From the IMG/VR virus record IMGVR_UViG_3300006802_000002, positions 917 to 64,916 of that record: 64,000 nt of DNA; one strand, given 5' to 3'. Positions 43,985 through 53,576 of the stretch are shown in pieces. The stretch comes from a virus (taxonomy: Duplodnaviria > Caudoviricetes). Numbering within the stretch: the first letter of the stretch is position 1; the number at the start of each line of letters is the position of its first letter. A program made the translations under genes and the position numbers. Below the pieces are notes generated by a model. The model did not search any database. It had not been told where the DNA came from and worked only from the letters and a program-made list of their open reading frames with translations.

Positions 43985-45634
43985 TTAATATCCAAACTGT
44001 TTATCGGCAGGAACAAATTTAGGACTCCTAGTGGGGTTGTTCCTGTCTACCATTAACCCACCAATAGTTATAGGACGTGACATTAAAGCGTATCTGAGAG
44101 CATCATAAGCATGATCTTCGGCGTCAGTATCAACATCTTCTACGTCATTTTCGTCTAGAGGAAGTCTAGGTAAAGTCCTAATAAGGTTAACACAATTATC
44201 AAAAATTGTCAAATAAGGCTTTCCAGTCCTTGGATTTATTGCCAATCTTCTATGTAACTCTGCTTTACCAGAAATACGGGAATTTCTAGCCCCTTGTACA
44301 GCCACACGTCCAGAAGGCTTCCAGCGGCATCCCATTTCATTCATAGTTTGACCAATACTTGGCCCCATTTCACCCCTACGAGACCATGCAGAAATGTCTA
44401 AAATACCGTATGACACATTTTCACCCGACTCTAGCTCTAATAGTTTTAAAGCTACGTCTGGGGCTGTCATGTTCTTAAAGTACATTTCTCTATAAACTAC
44501 AATCTCTTTATCTGGGGTTACAGCCAACCAAAGGATACAGCCAGGACTAGTATAGCCCCAATCTCCACCCCTAAAGCGAGGCCAACTAGAAGGAATAGGA
44601 TAAGATTTAGTAACGTGGATATCTTTATTAAACTCAGGAAATGCTGCACCCTCGAATACATCCCAATCTCCATCTAAGAATTGTTTACGCTTAGTTTCAG
44701 GTAGATTAGCTAGCATTGCTGCGTAGCTTAAGTCATATGTAAGATAAGGATTATCCCACACTTTGGCAGGAATAAATCTACGAGTAATTACTTCTTCTTT
44801 TTCTCCAAGAGGAGTTTTAATATTTACTTTAACTTGGAAGGGAATACCTGGAGGAGCAGGATCAATAAACTGTTCTCTTACCCATGTTGATCCAATATTG
44901 CCTGGGTTTCCTGTAGCTCTAAGCATAATTGGTACATTAGGATCAGTAGAACGTAAGCTTGAACGTAGCATGTCCAATACTTCCGCACTATCGTATTGTG
45001 GAAGCTCGTCTACACCAATCCAAGAATAAGATTGACCCTGATAACGTAAAACGTCTTTAAGTGTTTCAGCGTATCCGAATTCCATACGGGCGCCAGAAGG
45101 AAAGTAGAATGTGCTGTCTTGTGCTTTCCATTTAGTGTCTGGGTATGCTTTTAAATAAAGCCCATGAGCCTTGAAAATAAGGTCTCTTAATTCAGGCATT
45201 GTACGACGAATGAGCACGCCTCTAAATGCTCCATGTCCACAATAACGTAATGGATCGATAAGCATTGCGTAGCTTTTACCGCCTCCTCTAGCACCGCCAT
45301 AGAATACTTCTCTTTCAGAAGCAGCTAGAAATGCAGTTTGGGGACCTTCATTAGGGCGGAAAATGACATTTTCATCAGGAATAGCTACTTTAGTAGCAAG
45401 TACATCTGCAACTTCTTTAGTAGTTACAGCAACTCCAGTAGATAATAAATCTTTCTCTTTTTGAGCTAACTCATACTCTAATTTAGCTTGAGCTAATGCT
45501 TCTTCTTTAGCTTTTAATTCTTCTTTAGCACGTTTAACAGAAGGTTTAGCAAATGCTTTTGGCTTCTTTAATCCATTTCTATTTCCTTTAGAAGTTAATT
45601 TGACTACTGGAGGAGGTACGTCTTTAAGCGTCAT
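43985..45634 (-). CDS. terL: Terminase large subunit
   Basis: YGGARGGGKS Walker A, IGVDE Walker B, ATGNPG, nuclease DWG and DHAYDALRY. Confidence 0.95.
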   Translation of the reverse strand: MTLKDVPPPVVKLTSKGNRNGLKKPKAFAKPSVKRAKEELKAKEEALAQAKLEYELAQKEKDLLSTGVAVTTKEVADVLATKVAIPDENVIFRPNEGPQTAFLAASEREVFYGGARGGGKSYAMLIDPLRYCGHGAFRGVLIRRTMPELRDLIFKAHGLYLKAYPDTKWKAQDSTFYFPSGARMEFGYAETLKDVLRYQGQSYSWIGVDELPQYDSAEVLDMLRSSLRSTDPNVPIMLRATGNPGNIGSTWVREQFIDPAPPGIPFQVKVNIKTPLGEKEEVITRRFIPAKVWDNPYLTYDLSYAAMLANLPETKRKQFLDGDWDVFEGAAFPEFNKDIHVTKSYPIPSSWPRFRGGDWGYTSPGCILWLAVTPDKEIVVYREMYFKNMTAPDVALKLLELESGENVSYGILDISAWSRRGEMGPSIGQTMNEMGCRWKPSGRVAVQGARNSRISGKAELHRRLAINPRTGKPYLTIFDNCVNLIRTLPRLPLDENDVEDVDTDAEDHAYDALRYALMSRPITIGGLMVDRNNPTRSPKFVPADKQFGY

Positions 45635-46028
45635 TAATTAGTGCTCTTTGCTTTTCTTTGCGTAATTTTTTTGAAGTGATGCCTTTTTTAGCTTTTAAAT
45701 ACTTAAGTGTTTCTTTTTTCTTAGTTAAATATAAATGCACATGGGAAACGTACTCGCCTGTGGTTTGTCGCAACCATTCCGCAGCATCACGATAACTTAC
45801 ACCTTCATCCAAATATTCTAAAGCCTTTTCTAAAGCATAAAGCTTTTCATAATCTGCCTGAAATAGATTTTTATCCTTTGGATTTCGTGTGTATCCATAA
45901 GGAGGTCTATATTCTTTACGCCCTTTATTGTGGGCTCTTACAAAGTGCTCAGGATACTTCTGTTTTATCTTTGGGAGGTAGGATAAATATTCCGATTGGT
46001 TTGTCACTTTGTACCTGTACTCTATCAA
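45624..46028 (-). CDS. Hypothetical HTH-like DNA-binding protein
   Basis: PPYGY, SYRDAAEWL...YVSHVHL; basic C-terminus. Confidence 0.55.
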   Translation of the reverse strand: MIEYRYKVTNQSEYLSYLPKIKQKYPEHFVRAHNKGRKEYRPPYGYTRNPKDKNLFQADYEKLYALEKALEYLDEGVSYRDAAEWLRQTTGEYVSHVHLYLTKKKETLKYLKAKKGITSKKLRKEKQRALINDA

Positions 46029-46326
46029 TTTTACCTAGACCGCCACGGTCTAAGATTTCTTTAGCAGCAGCTAGCTTACGATCTTGTCCTGGAAGTTCTG
46101 GAGTTTCCATTACTTCAATCATATTAGTTACAGCTTTAGGGGCATGTAGAGCTAAATAATTAGCTGCGCGCTTGATAATCTCATCCTTAAGCTTGTCTGT
46201 TAGCCAGCTTGAAGTTGTAACACCTACGTAGCCAGCTAAATTTCTGGCTTTAGTTACGTCTCCATTAGCCTCATCAAACAAAACATCTAGGAATTTAAGC
46301 TGTTTTTCAGTAAATTCAGCAGTCAT
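45949..46326 (-). CDS. Putative terminase small subunit
   Basis: TEKQLKFLD...A...AGY, AAKEILDRGG, FILPPK; upstream of TerL. Confidence 0.65.
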   Translation of the reverse strand: MTAEFTEKQLKFLDVLFDEANGDVTKARNLAGYVGVTTSSWLTDKLKDEIIKRAANYLALHAPKAVTNMIEVMETPELPGQDRKLAAAKEILDRGGLGKIDRVQVQSDKPIGIFILPPKDKTEVS

Positions 46327-46327
46327 T

Positions 46328-46459
46328 TTACTTCTTTCTGGATTTACCCGCCTTAGACATAGCAATAGCTACGGCTTGTTTCTGTGGTTTGCCCGCTTTC
46401 ATTTCAGTTTTAATGTTTTGCGAGACAACTTCCTTGGATTTACCTTTTAAAAGAGGCAT
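46328..46459 (-). CDS. Small basic protein [16 protein letters not shown]...QAVAIA (below the ORF-track cutoff)
   Basis: Hand translation, 43 aa; the QAVAIA motif is common in small phage proteins. Confidence 0.7.
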   Translation of the reverse strand: MPLLKGKSKEVVSQNIKTEMKAGKPQKQAVAIAMSKAGKSRKK

Positions 46460-46623
46460 TAGCCGAATTGAGCCTTAAAATCTTGCCCTTTTATCTTAGG
46501 TCCAGGCTTAGTTTTACGCATTGGGGGCATTTTAGCAGTATCTTGAAACTTTTTAGTCATTACATCACCACCAGTCTTTAGTTTTTGTACTGGATGGGCC
46601 TTTTTACCATTAATTCCTGACAT
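46459..46623 (-). CDS. Small basic protein [19 protein letters not shown]... (54 aa)
   Basis: Hand translation; AAGGAG RBS; stop coupled to the next start. Confidence 0.55.
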   Translation of the reverse strand: MSGINGKKAHPVQKLKTGGDVMTKKFQDTAKMPPMRKTKPGPKIKGQDFKAQFG

Positions 46624-48397
46624 TTTCGTTCTCCTTACAGTATTTACGCCACAAAGTCTTTAAAATTCTAACAAAAAAGTATGGTTTAACCATAGATAAG
46701 TATTCTTTTACATTCTTTTCTCTAATATTTTTACGATATTCTACTAATTTATTATAATCGTTTGCAAATGAAACTGCAAGATTAATATATTCTTCTTTAG
46801 TTTTAGTAATAAATTCTTCTAATTTACATTGAGTAAGAATTCCTGCACCATAACATCCCATAATTGTGTCACCACGTAAAGTAATTACAGGGACGCCCAT
46901 AGTTAAGGACTCAAAAGTTGTAGTAGAACCATTAAAAGCAAAGGTATCTAACTGTAAATCTACTTTATTATAACAAGATAAGTGATTTCCGAAGTTATTA
47001 TCACCTACATCAAAGATACATTTATCTTTTGGAATGTATTTTAATACTTTATTTTGGAATTCTGGGTTCTTCCAAAGCCCTTTATACTTGAAATAAAACT
47101 TACAATTACATTTGCTAGATATTTGGTGCCAAGTTTCTAGCACTTTTTCGTTTAGTTTAGCTGGATTATTGAATACGCCAAAGGTAATATGCCCATTTGT
47201 AAGCGCTGGTAAAGCATTTGGCTCAGGCGCTTCTGCAAAATAGGGATGCTGATAGAACCTAGGCATGCCTATAATGCGCTCTACACCGATATCTTTAATA
47301 TGTCTTGGCGCAAAATGCCTTCCAATTATAAGATAATCCATATTTGGAATAATAGTACGACCTGCGTCAAGATAAGAAATTTGTATAGGGGCGGCCCTGT
47401 ATGCAGCGATAAGAGGGCGATTACTATCAAACAGAGGACATAAATAGACCACAACATCACATTGATCTTCCCTAATCATTCTGGCAACTTGATCGTCAGA
47501 TACACCATGAATACTAACGTATTTTACAGAACCTTGTCTATAAGCTTGTGTAATTTCATCTTCTTTTGGAGTATTGGCGTAACACACAAACTCTACAAAG
47601 TTTCTATCTGTGTTAGTGAATACCGAGATAAAGTTACGACCTACAGGATGGGCGTATAAGTCGCTAGATACAATACCAACCCTAAGCTTTCTGTTGGGAT
47701 TTAAATTATTCTTTAATTCACCAAACTTAATGTCTTGCTTTACGAATTTTCTAATCCATTCTTTTTGGGCTTCTTCTACAGCTTTTACATCTACTTCTGG
47801 GCAGTAAAGATAGCAAGTTAATAAGTTCTTAAATACGTCTGGAGAGTTTTCATTATATTTAGCCATTAATTTAGCGTACTTAATAGCTTGTGTGTAATCC
47901 CCTAGAGCCTTATAAGCCAATCCCATATTGTTTACTGTGTATTCTTGTTCGGGGGCAATGGCTAGGCTAATATTATAATATCTGATAGCCGCATTAAAAT
48001 TATACTTTTTAAATTCTAACACTCCAAGAGTATTAAAACATACAGAGTCATATGGGCACATAGCATTATAGACTTTAGCCCATCTAATGCCCTCATCGTA
48101 TCTAGAGCATCTATTACCTGCATCAGCACCATATGATGCAAACATAGCCATAGGGTCTTTGGCTACAGCATAGTAGTTTTTACAATGCTCTAAGCAAGCT
48201 GGAAAATCAAATAATTGATATGTGACTAATACAAGATTGCACAAAGCTTCTTCTGAATATGGATCATGCTTTAATGCGCTCTCTAGCTGCTTTCTACATA
48301 ATTCTTTTAGGCCCTGCTCAAAAGACTTTACAGCAAGGTTAATATCAGCAATTGCTTTTTGCCTATGCTTAAAACTGACTTTGGCTTTAATCTTCAA
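46610..48397 (-). CDS. TPR-repeat GT41 protein O-glycosyltransferase (SPINDLY/OGT-like)
   Basis: N-terminal TPRs, then RKLRVGIVSSDLYAHPV, ARMIRED, RAAPIQ, ITFGVFNNPAK and DLQLDTFAFNGSTTTFESLTMGVPVITL. Confidence 0.9.
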   Translation of the reverse strand: MKIKAKVSFKHRQKAIADINLAVKSFEQGLKELCRKQLESALKHDPYSEEALCNLVLVTYQLFDFPACLEHCKNYYAVAKDPMAMFASYGADAGNRCSRYDEGIRWAKVYNAMCPYDSVCFNTLGVLEFKKYNFNAAIRYYNISLAIAPEQEYTVNNMGLAYKALGDYTQAIKYAKLMAKYNENSPDVFKNLLTCYLYCPEVDVKAVEEAQKEWIRKFVKQDIKFGELKNNLNPNRKLRVGIVSSDLYAHPVGRNFISVFTNTDRNFVEFVCYANTPKEDEITQAYRQGSVKYVSIHGVSDDQVARMIREDQCDVVVYLCPLFDSNRPLIAAYRAAPIQISYLDAGRTIIPNMDYLIIGRHFAPRHIKDIGVERIIGMPRFYQHPYFAEAPEPNALPALTNGHITFGVFNNPAKLNEKVLETWHQISSKCNCKFYFKYKGLWKNPEFQNKVLKYIPKDKCIFDVGDNNFGNHLSCYNKVDLQLDTFAFNGSTTTFESLTMGVPVITLRGDTIMGCYGAGILTQCKLEEFITKTKEEYINLAVSFANDYNKLVEYRKNIREKNVKEYLSMVKPYFFVRILKTLWRKYCKENENVRN

Positions 48398-48450
48398 GTA
48401 TAACTCCTATATTGCAAAGAGATTATACTTGAAGATGTGTTAATAGTCAA
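48390..48450 (-). promoter_or_regulatory. Near-consensus sigma70 promoter overlapped by a 14-bp inverted repeat that covers the GT41 start codon
   Basis: TTGACT-N17-TATAAT (48450-48422); arms at 48390-48403 and 48423-48436. Confidence 0.8.
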
Positions 48451-49278
48451 TTATAGAATGGTTAAGCGAACTAAACCTTTACCACCTACACCGGCTATAC
48501 CTGCGGAACCTTTACCACCGCCACCCCCGCCACCATCACCACCGTTACCACCATCACTGGCATTGCTATTTCCACCAGCATTACTAAATGTGGATACCCC
48601 GATGGTTGGGGTAATTTGTCCTCGCACAATTCCTCCAGGACCTAACCAGCCTCCTCCTCCTCCACCACCACCATTACCTATTACGTTATTTCCACCACCG
48701 CCACCAGGAGAGACACCATTACCACCATTAGCTCCACCATTTCCCCCAGCTTCGTCGTAGTTTCCTGCTCCACCACCACCACCACCAACAGAGGAGCCGT
48801 TTCCATTGCCCCCAACACCACCAAGCCTATTTACACTTCCTCCTGTGGATATGGTACCACTAGTTCCACCAGTAGAGCCGGAAGCAGAAGCACCAGGAGG
48901 ACATACAATAGATACATAGCGCCCTGCTACAATGCCTGTAACTGTGGTACTTGCAGTACTGCCAGAACTTGCTACATAAATATTAAGCTGTCCATCCATA
49001 CCAAAAAGAGGTATTTTTAAATATGAAAATGATCCAGCTTGACCACCACCACTATAATTAGTGCTACTTCCGCCGTTACCACCACAACCAACTGCCTCAA
49101 TAACTAAAAACGATTTATTAATTGGAATAGCTACTGAAACAATAGTATTTGTTGTAGTGTAATTTGTTATAGTTGGAGCATCATCCGCAGTAGAGCCGCC
49201 AGAAGGCCAACCCTTAAAGTTGGAGAATTCTGATAAAGCTCCCCTAGGAAAGCTATAGAACTCAGAGCCAGTTGCCAT
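48451..49278 (-). CDS. Glycine-rich tail-fibre/receptor-binding domain protein
   Basis: IEAVGCGGNGG...GGQAG, poly-Gly runs, terminal GGKGLVRL. Confidence 0.7.
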   Translation of the reverse strand: MATGSEFYSFPRGALSEFSNFKGWPSGGSTADDAPTITNYTTTNTIVSVAIPINKSFLVIEAVGCGGNGGSSTNYSGGGQAGSFSYLKIPLFGMDGQLNIYVASSGSTASTTVTGIVAGRYVSIVCPPGASASGSTGGTSGTISTGGSVNRLGGVGGNGNGSSVGGGGGGAGNYDEAGGNGGANGGNGVSPGGGGGNNVIGNGGGGGGGGWLGPGGIVRGQITPTIGVSTFSNAGGNSNASDGGNGGDGGGGGGGKGSAGIAGVGGKGLVRLTIL

Positions 49279-49700
49279 TAGAGTTGCCCTGACTCACAAA
49301 CAATGTGCACGCCGGTATTGGTTGTAGAAGTTGCTTTAAGTTTATTGGTAGAGCCACCAGTACCACCAGGAAGAACTAGACCAACCAAGGCAGGAACAGT
49401 TGTGTTAAACATAATAGAAGTAGAAGTACCAGTTACAGCAGTTACCGCAGTCTCAGCAATAAGCCTATTTGTAGTGCCATTATCTGCGCTTACATACCAT
49501 CTAATAAGACCTACAGAAGATGTGCCTGGAATACTTACAGAAACTCTTGAAATACGCTTACCTACGCCAGAACCAGCAGTAGTAGCAGGACCAGAAGCTA
49601 CGTCAGCCATTGCTGTAGCAGCAGTAGCAGAAGTATCCGCAGTACCAATAACTGCATACTCTAGAATTGGAGTAGCTACGAATTGTGATTGATTAGCCAT
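49278..49700 (-). CDS. Fibre-associated Ser/Thr-rich protein
   Basis: Between the fibre and Gly-rich genes; beta-rich composition. Confidence 0.55.
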   Translation of the reverse strand: MANQSQFVATPILEYAVIGTADTSATAATAMADVASGPATTAGSGVGKRISRVSVSIPGTSSVGLIRWYVSADNGTTNRLIAETAVTAVTGTSTSIMFNTTVPALVGLVLPGGTGGSTNKLKATSTTNTGVHIVCESGQL

Positions 49701-49772
49701 TTATATGTCTCCTAGTTTTATCTTTGGACAAATCCTATATTAATGTTTATACTTAAATACTATAGGGAATGT

Positions 49773-51095
49773 TTAAGTATATTGAAGCCAGCCGAATAAA
49801 GGATCACTACCACCGTTTGCGACAGGAAGCGCACCCGTAACGTCAGTAGTTAAATCTACCTTACCAAAAGCGTTTGTGATACCATCAGAGGATCTTAAAA
49901 CAGTACCAGAAGCAGAAGCTGTTAAGCTAGGTACTCCAGAGCTATTAGTAACTAATGCAGCAGAGTTTACAACAGTAACCTGTGCAGCAGTTCCTGTAGC
50001 ACTAGCATATAAAATACCATTAATAGTTAGGGCAGCAGGTAGAGTATATGCAGAAGCTACTACGTTAGTGCCGTCACTTTGTAAGAAAGTACTTAAAGTG
50101 CCTATTGCTGTGGGAATAGTATACGACGAAGTTACTATATCTGTACCATTAGAAGCTAGGAAAGTACCAATAGCACCAATGGCAGTAGGAACAGTATATG
50201 AAGATGTTACTATATTTGTACCATTGCTTCTTAAAAACGTACCTAGTGCACCTATGGCAGTTGGAACTGTATAGCTTGATATTACTACGTTAGTGCCGTC
50301 AGAGGTTAAAAATGTACCCTGTGTAGCTGCTACGCTAGGATATGTAGCTGTAGTCCATGTAGGAGCAGCAGTACCTTGAGATTGTAAATGCTGCCCTGTA
50401 GTACCGGCAGCGGTTATTCCCAGGTTTGTAGCAGTACCATATACAACACCACCAGAAGAAGCGCTTAAACCATGTCTAGCTAAAGCTAATGTACCAGCAG
50501 TAATAGCTGTAGCATCTAGCGTAATATTTAAATTAGCCGCTGTAACTAATTGACCTTGTGCGTTTACTTGGAAAGTAGCTACAGCATCTGTTGTACCATA
50601 TGTACCAGCAGTAACTGTAGTGTTCTTTAAGTAAATAGTTCCAGTAGTTGTGATAGAAGCTGTAGAACCTGTGGAAGAAGTAGCTAAACCTGTTCCAACG
50701 TCTATTTGGGTTACTGTACCAGAACCACCAGCAGGTAAGCTAAAGAAGCCTTTAATACCTCCTGCATCAGTACCATAATATTTACTATTACCTGGGGCAG
50801 CGCTATCGTTTACAAGTGTAATAGTTCTATCAGAAGTTAAATCGCCACCACCTGTTATAGAACTTGAAGTATTAATAGCTCTAGTATTTACCACAATGGT
50901 ACTGGAAACGCTTAATGAAATAGCACCAGTAGTATTGTCTAGAGTTATTAAAGAAGAACCTGATATTAGAGATAGTACACCAGCATTTGCAACAGTTACA
51001 GACCCTACTCCAGAAGTAGGGGTTACTGTAATTCCTGTACCAGCTACTATTCTAGTTACTGCTGCACTTCCACCGGCTACTGCTCTTAAGCCCAT
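49773..51095 (-). CDS. Tail/head fibre protein with four 25-aa repeats
   Basis: GGGDLTSDRTI, VTAGTYG, VNAQGQLV and VTGALPVANGG fibre motifs; GTFLxSxGTxxVxSSYTVPTAI repeats. Confidence 0.75.
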   Translation of the reverse strand: MGLRAVAGGSAAVTRIVAGTGITVTPTSGVGSVTVANAGVLSLISGSSLITLDNTTGAISLSVSSTIVVNTRAINTSSSITGGGDLTSDRTITLVNDSAAPGNSKYYGTDAGGIKGFFSLPAGGSGTVTQIDVGTGLATSSTGSTASITTTGTIYLKNTTVTAGTYGTTDAVATFQVNAQGQLVTAANLNITLDATAITAGTLALARHGLSASSGGVVYGTATNLGITAAGTTGQHLQSQGTAAPTWTTATYPSVAATQGTFLTSDGTNVVISSYTVPTAIGALGTFLRSNGTNIVTSSYTVPTAIGAIGTFLASNGTDIVTSSYTIPTAIGTLSTFLQSDGTNVVASAYTLPAALTINGILYASATGTAAQVTVVNSAALVTNSSGVPSLTASASGTVLRSSDGITNAFGKVDLTTDVTGALPVANGGSDPLFGWLQYT

Positions 51096-51359
51096 TATTG
51101 AGGTCCTTTATATAAACCTAATTTATACATTATCCAAATTAGAGGAATGAGCAAATATCTCATTACTTACCTTCGACGTTGGGTAATTCTAACTGAGAGC
51201 CTGTGTTTTCTACTAATTTGAGTTCTTTAACTCGCTTAATTACTTCCATGGCAGGACTAGCCATAACCCAAGGAAGATTACCAATATGATTAACTAGCTC
51301 CTGCATATCTGCATGAGTGAATTGATATACTACATTATCCATATTTTACCTTTTAAAAT

Positions 51360-51436
51360 TGGTGCGGGCATTAGGATTTGAACCTAAAACATTATGCTCC
51401 CAAAGCATATGCTCTACCAAATTGAGCTACACCCAC
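51360..51436 (-). tRNA. tRNA-Pro(TGG)
   Basis: Reverse complement GTGGGTGTAGCTCAATTTGGTAGAGC...TATGC-TTTGGGA-GCATA...GGTTCAAATCC...CACCA. Confidence 0.88.
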
Positions 51437-51537
51437 TAAATTACTCGTTTTATAAGTTTAACTATTTCTTGTCCAATAGTGTATATCACTACGAAAGGAT
51501 ATAAAATAGTCAGTAATAAATATTTTAAATATTTCAT

Positions 51538-52336
51538 TTAAGTACCAGGACCAAATGTCATTGAAATTGTACTAGCTTCTCCTGCTTTGCATCTTATTGC
51601 AAATGCACTACCAGGAATATTAAAGATTTCTATAGCTCCAGATTTAAGTCTAGTAGCTCCAGGATTAGCTGGTGTACCTCCACCAGTGTTTAATGTTGGA
51701 ACAGTACAAGTTAATCCTGCTGTACTAGTACCCCATACAATAAAAGCATCGTTAGCACCTTCACAAGTTATACGAACTTGAGGACCATCTGTAGGTACCG
51801 TATAGGCTTCACTTGCAGAACTTGAGCAAGTGAATTCGTATGACCTACTTCCAATTACAGAGAATATTTGAGTCTGGATCATGTTTTTCCTTATATGCCT
51901 CTAGAAGCTCATTAGAAGGCCGTACAGAGGCTTTGGCGTGTTTGGGCTAGGGTGTATAGGGGAAAGGGTTTAGACTTTATTAAAATCTTATTTAAACGAG
52001 AACTAGAGTGGCTGCAACTGTATCGGTAGAGGGAGCAATGAACCTACCACGTACATAGGGAACTGCTACAGTGACTAGAGTTGCTCCAGCAGTAGTAGGA
52101 GAACTTGATGCAGTGATTGTGGTAGAAATTGTTTGGAAAGGTCCAGCAGAACTATACGAACCTTCTAAGCGAGCAGTAGGTGCAGTACCTGATGTAATGA
52201 ATGCCATAAGGTATCTTTGAATATTTCCAGTGACATTGCGAGGTACAGCAAATACAGTACCTACGATATCAGCAGTACTAGTTCCGTTTGTAGAGTCGAT
52301 TAGAGAAATAGTTTTTAGAGGTACAGATACAGACAT
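51538..52336 (-). CDS. Two 114-aa Ser/Thr-rich putative virion proteins (51538-51882, 51992-52336)
   Basis: RBS present; beta-rich; first genes of the leftward arm. Confidence 0.6.
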
Positions 52337-52386
52337 AAATTTTTAACTCCAGATATAAGAATTCTTTAGTACAGAATACAGAATAG

Positions 52387-52395
52387 ATTATAGCA
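52387..52395 (-). promoter_or_regulatory. Extended -10 promoter for the leftward structural arm
   Basis: TGcTATAAT on the minus strand, about 50 nt upstream of the first gene. Confidence 0.6.
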
Positions 52396-52439
52396 CAAAT
52401 TAATTAGAACATAAATATTTAAAAATGCAAGATATTTTC

Positions 52440-52930
52440 TAATTTTTTATGCTTTTCTCCAGGACACATTAATGAACATTAGAATGTCATATATAGGTTC
52501 ATTTATAATTATTATGTATTTTATAATAGAATTTGTATATTAAGAATATTATGAATTGTTTATTATATTTAAGATATATGTATTATATTAAGTATTTTCA
52601 TATATAACTTCATATAAGAAAGGATTTAAAATATATAATAATATCAATAGATTATATTATAATATTATGTATATATTAGTATTATAAGATATTATATATA
52701 ATATATAATATATATTATCTTATTCTTATACGTAGGAAGAAATTCTAGATTTCAAGGGGTAGTATGAAAAATATTTTATCCTTATCTGTAGGTTCATTAA
52801 TAAAAGGGTTTAAGTGCTATTAACACTTCTGTAGTTTTATTTTTTCTGGGTAAATTCGAGCTAGGGAAGTTATAGGAAATTTGAATTTGTTTATATGTGT
52901 ACTATTAACACTTCTGTATTTAGGTATTTT
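52440..52930. other. Extremely AT-rich non-coding element (origin-like), copy 1, with 17-bp direct repeats
   Basis: TATA-rich run; CTATTAACACTTCTGTA at 52817-52833 and 52902-52918. Confidence 0.55.
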
Positions 52931-53547
52931 ATAGGGGTATGGTATAACGCACCGTGGCCCGACCGATGGACCAAGCCCCCCAGTGTATACGCTCATTTAT
53001 ATTTATTAATGGCCCATGCACTCGCGTTAATTACTATAAATGTTTGTTTAAGTATATCGTGAGGCTAGCTTAGAATGTACATAAATTAGTTGTAGAATGT
53101 ATTGATAAGTACATAAAATTCTTGTGGGAAAGCCGGTCAAGGGAGCTGCAATGTATGCAAATATATTAACAACCTATGCAAATATATCATACCTTACATA
53201 TACAAATCTTTATTAGTTAATAAATCCAACCCATTAATAATTAAAAGTTAATATTCAGCTAATAATATATCACGCTAACCCATTGTTATCATTCAAACAC
53301 ATATTTCGCGTGTATAAGAAAAAATGGCCGTGTCAAAAAGTGTGCCAATGCACTTGACCGGGTATCCTAGGCGTTTCCCTTAGTTCAGGGTCAAACCCTC
53401 TAGAAAACGCTCTAATGAGTTTTTAAAGGCATATATCAATCCGATATAGCCTTGAAATATTCTTTCAAATACACTAAGGCATATACTAGTTAGCATTTGA
53501 TCCAATTTAATTCTTTCTCGCCTCATTGGGCGCCATATATAGAGACG

Positions 53548-53576
53548 TTGCAAACCGCCCTTAGCCGTGCTACATA
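53548..53576 (+). promoter_or_regulatory. Early host-type promoter
   Basis: TTGCAA-N17-TACATA (GCTACATA). Confidence 0.6.

Noticed and set aside
46610-48397. GT41 as a DNA-modifying glycosyltransferase
   Set aside because: The TPR + GT41 architecture is protein-directed, and no base hydroxymethylase partner was recognised. Not formally excluded.
48437-48760. Proline-rich plus-strand ORFs (also 33208-33558)
   Set aside because: They are antisense shadows of Gly-rich genes on the minus strand.
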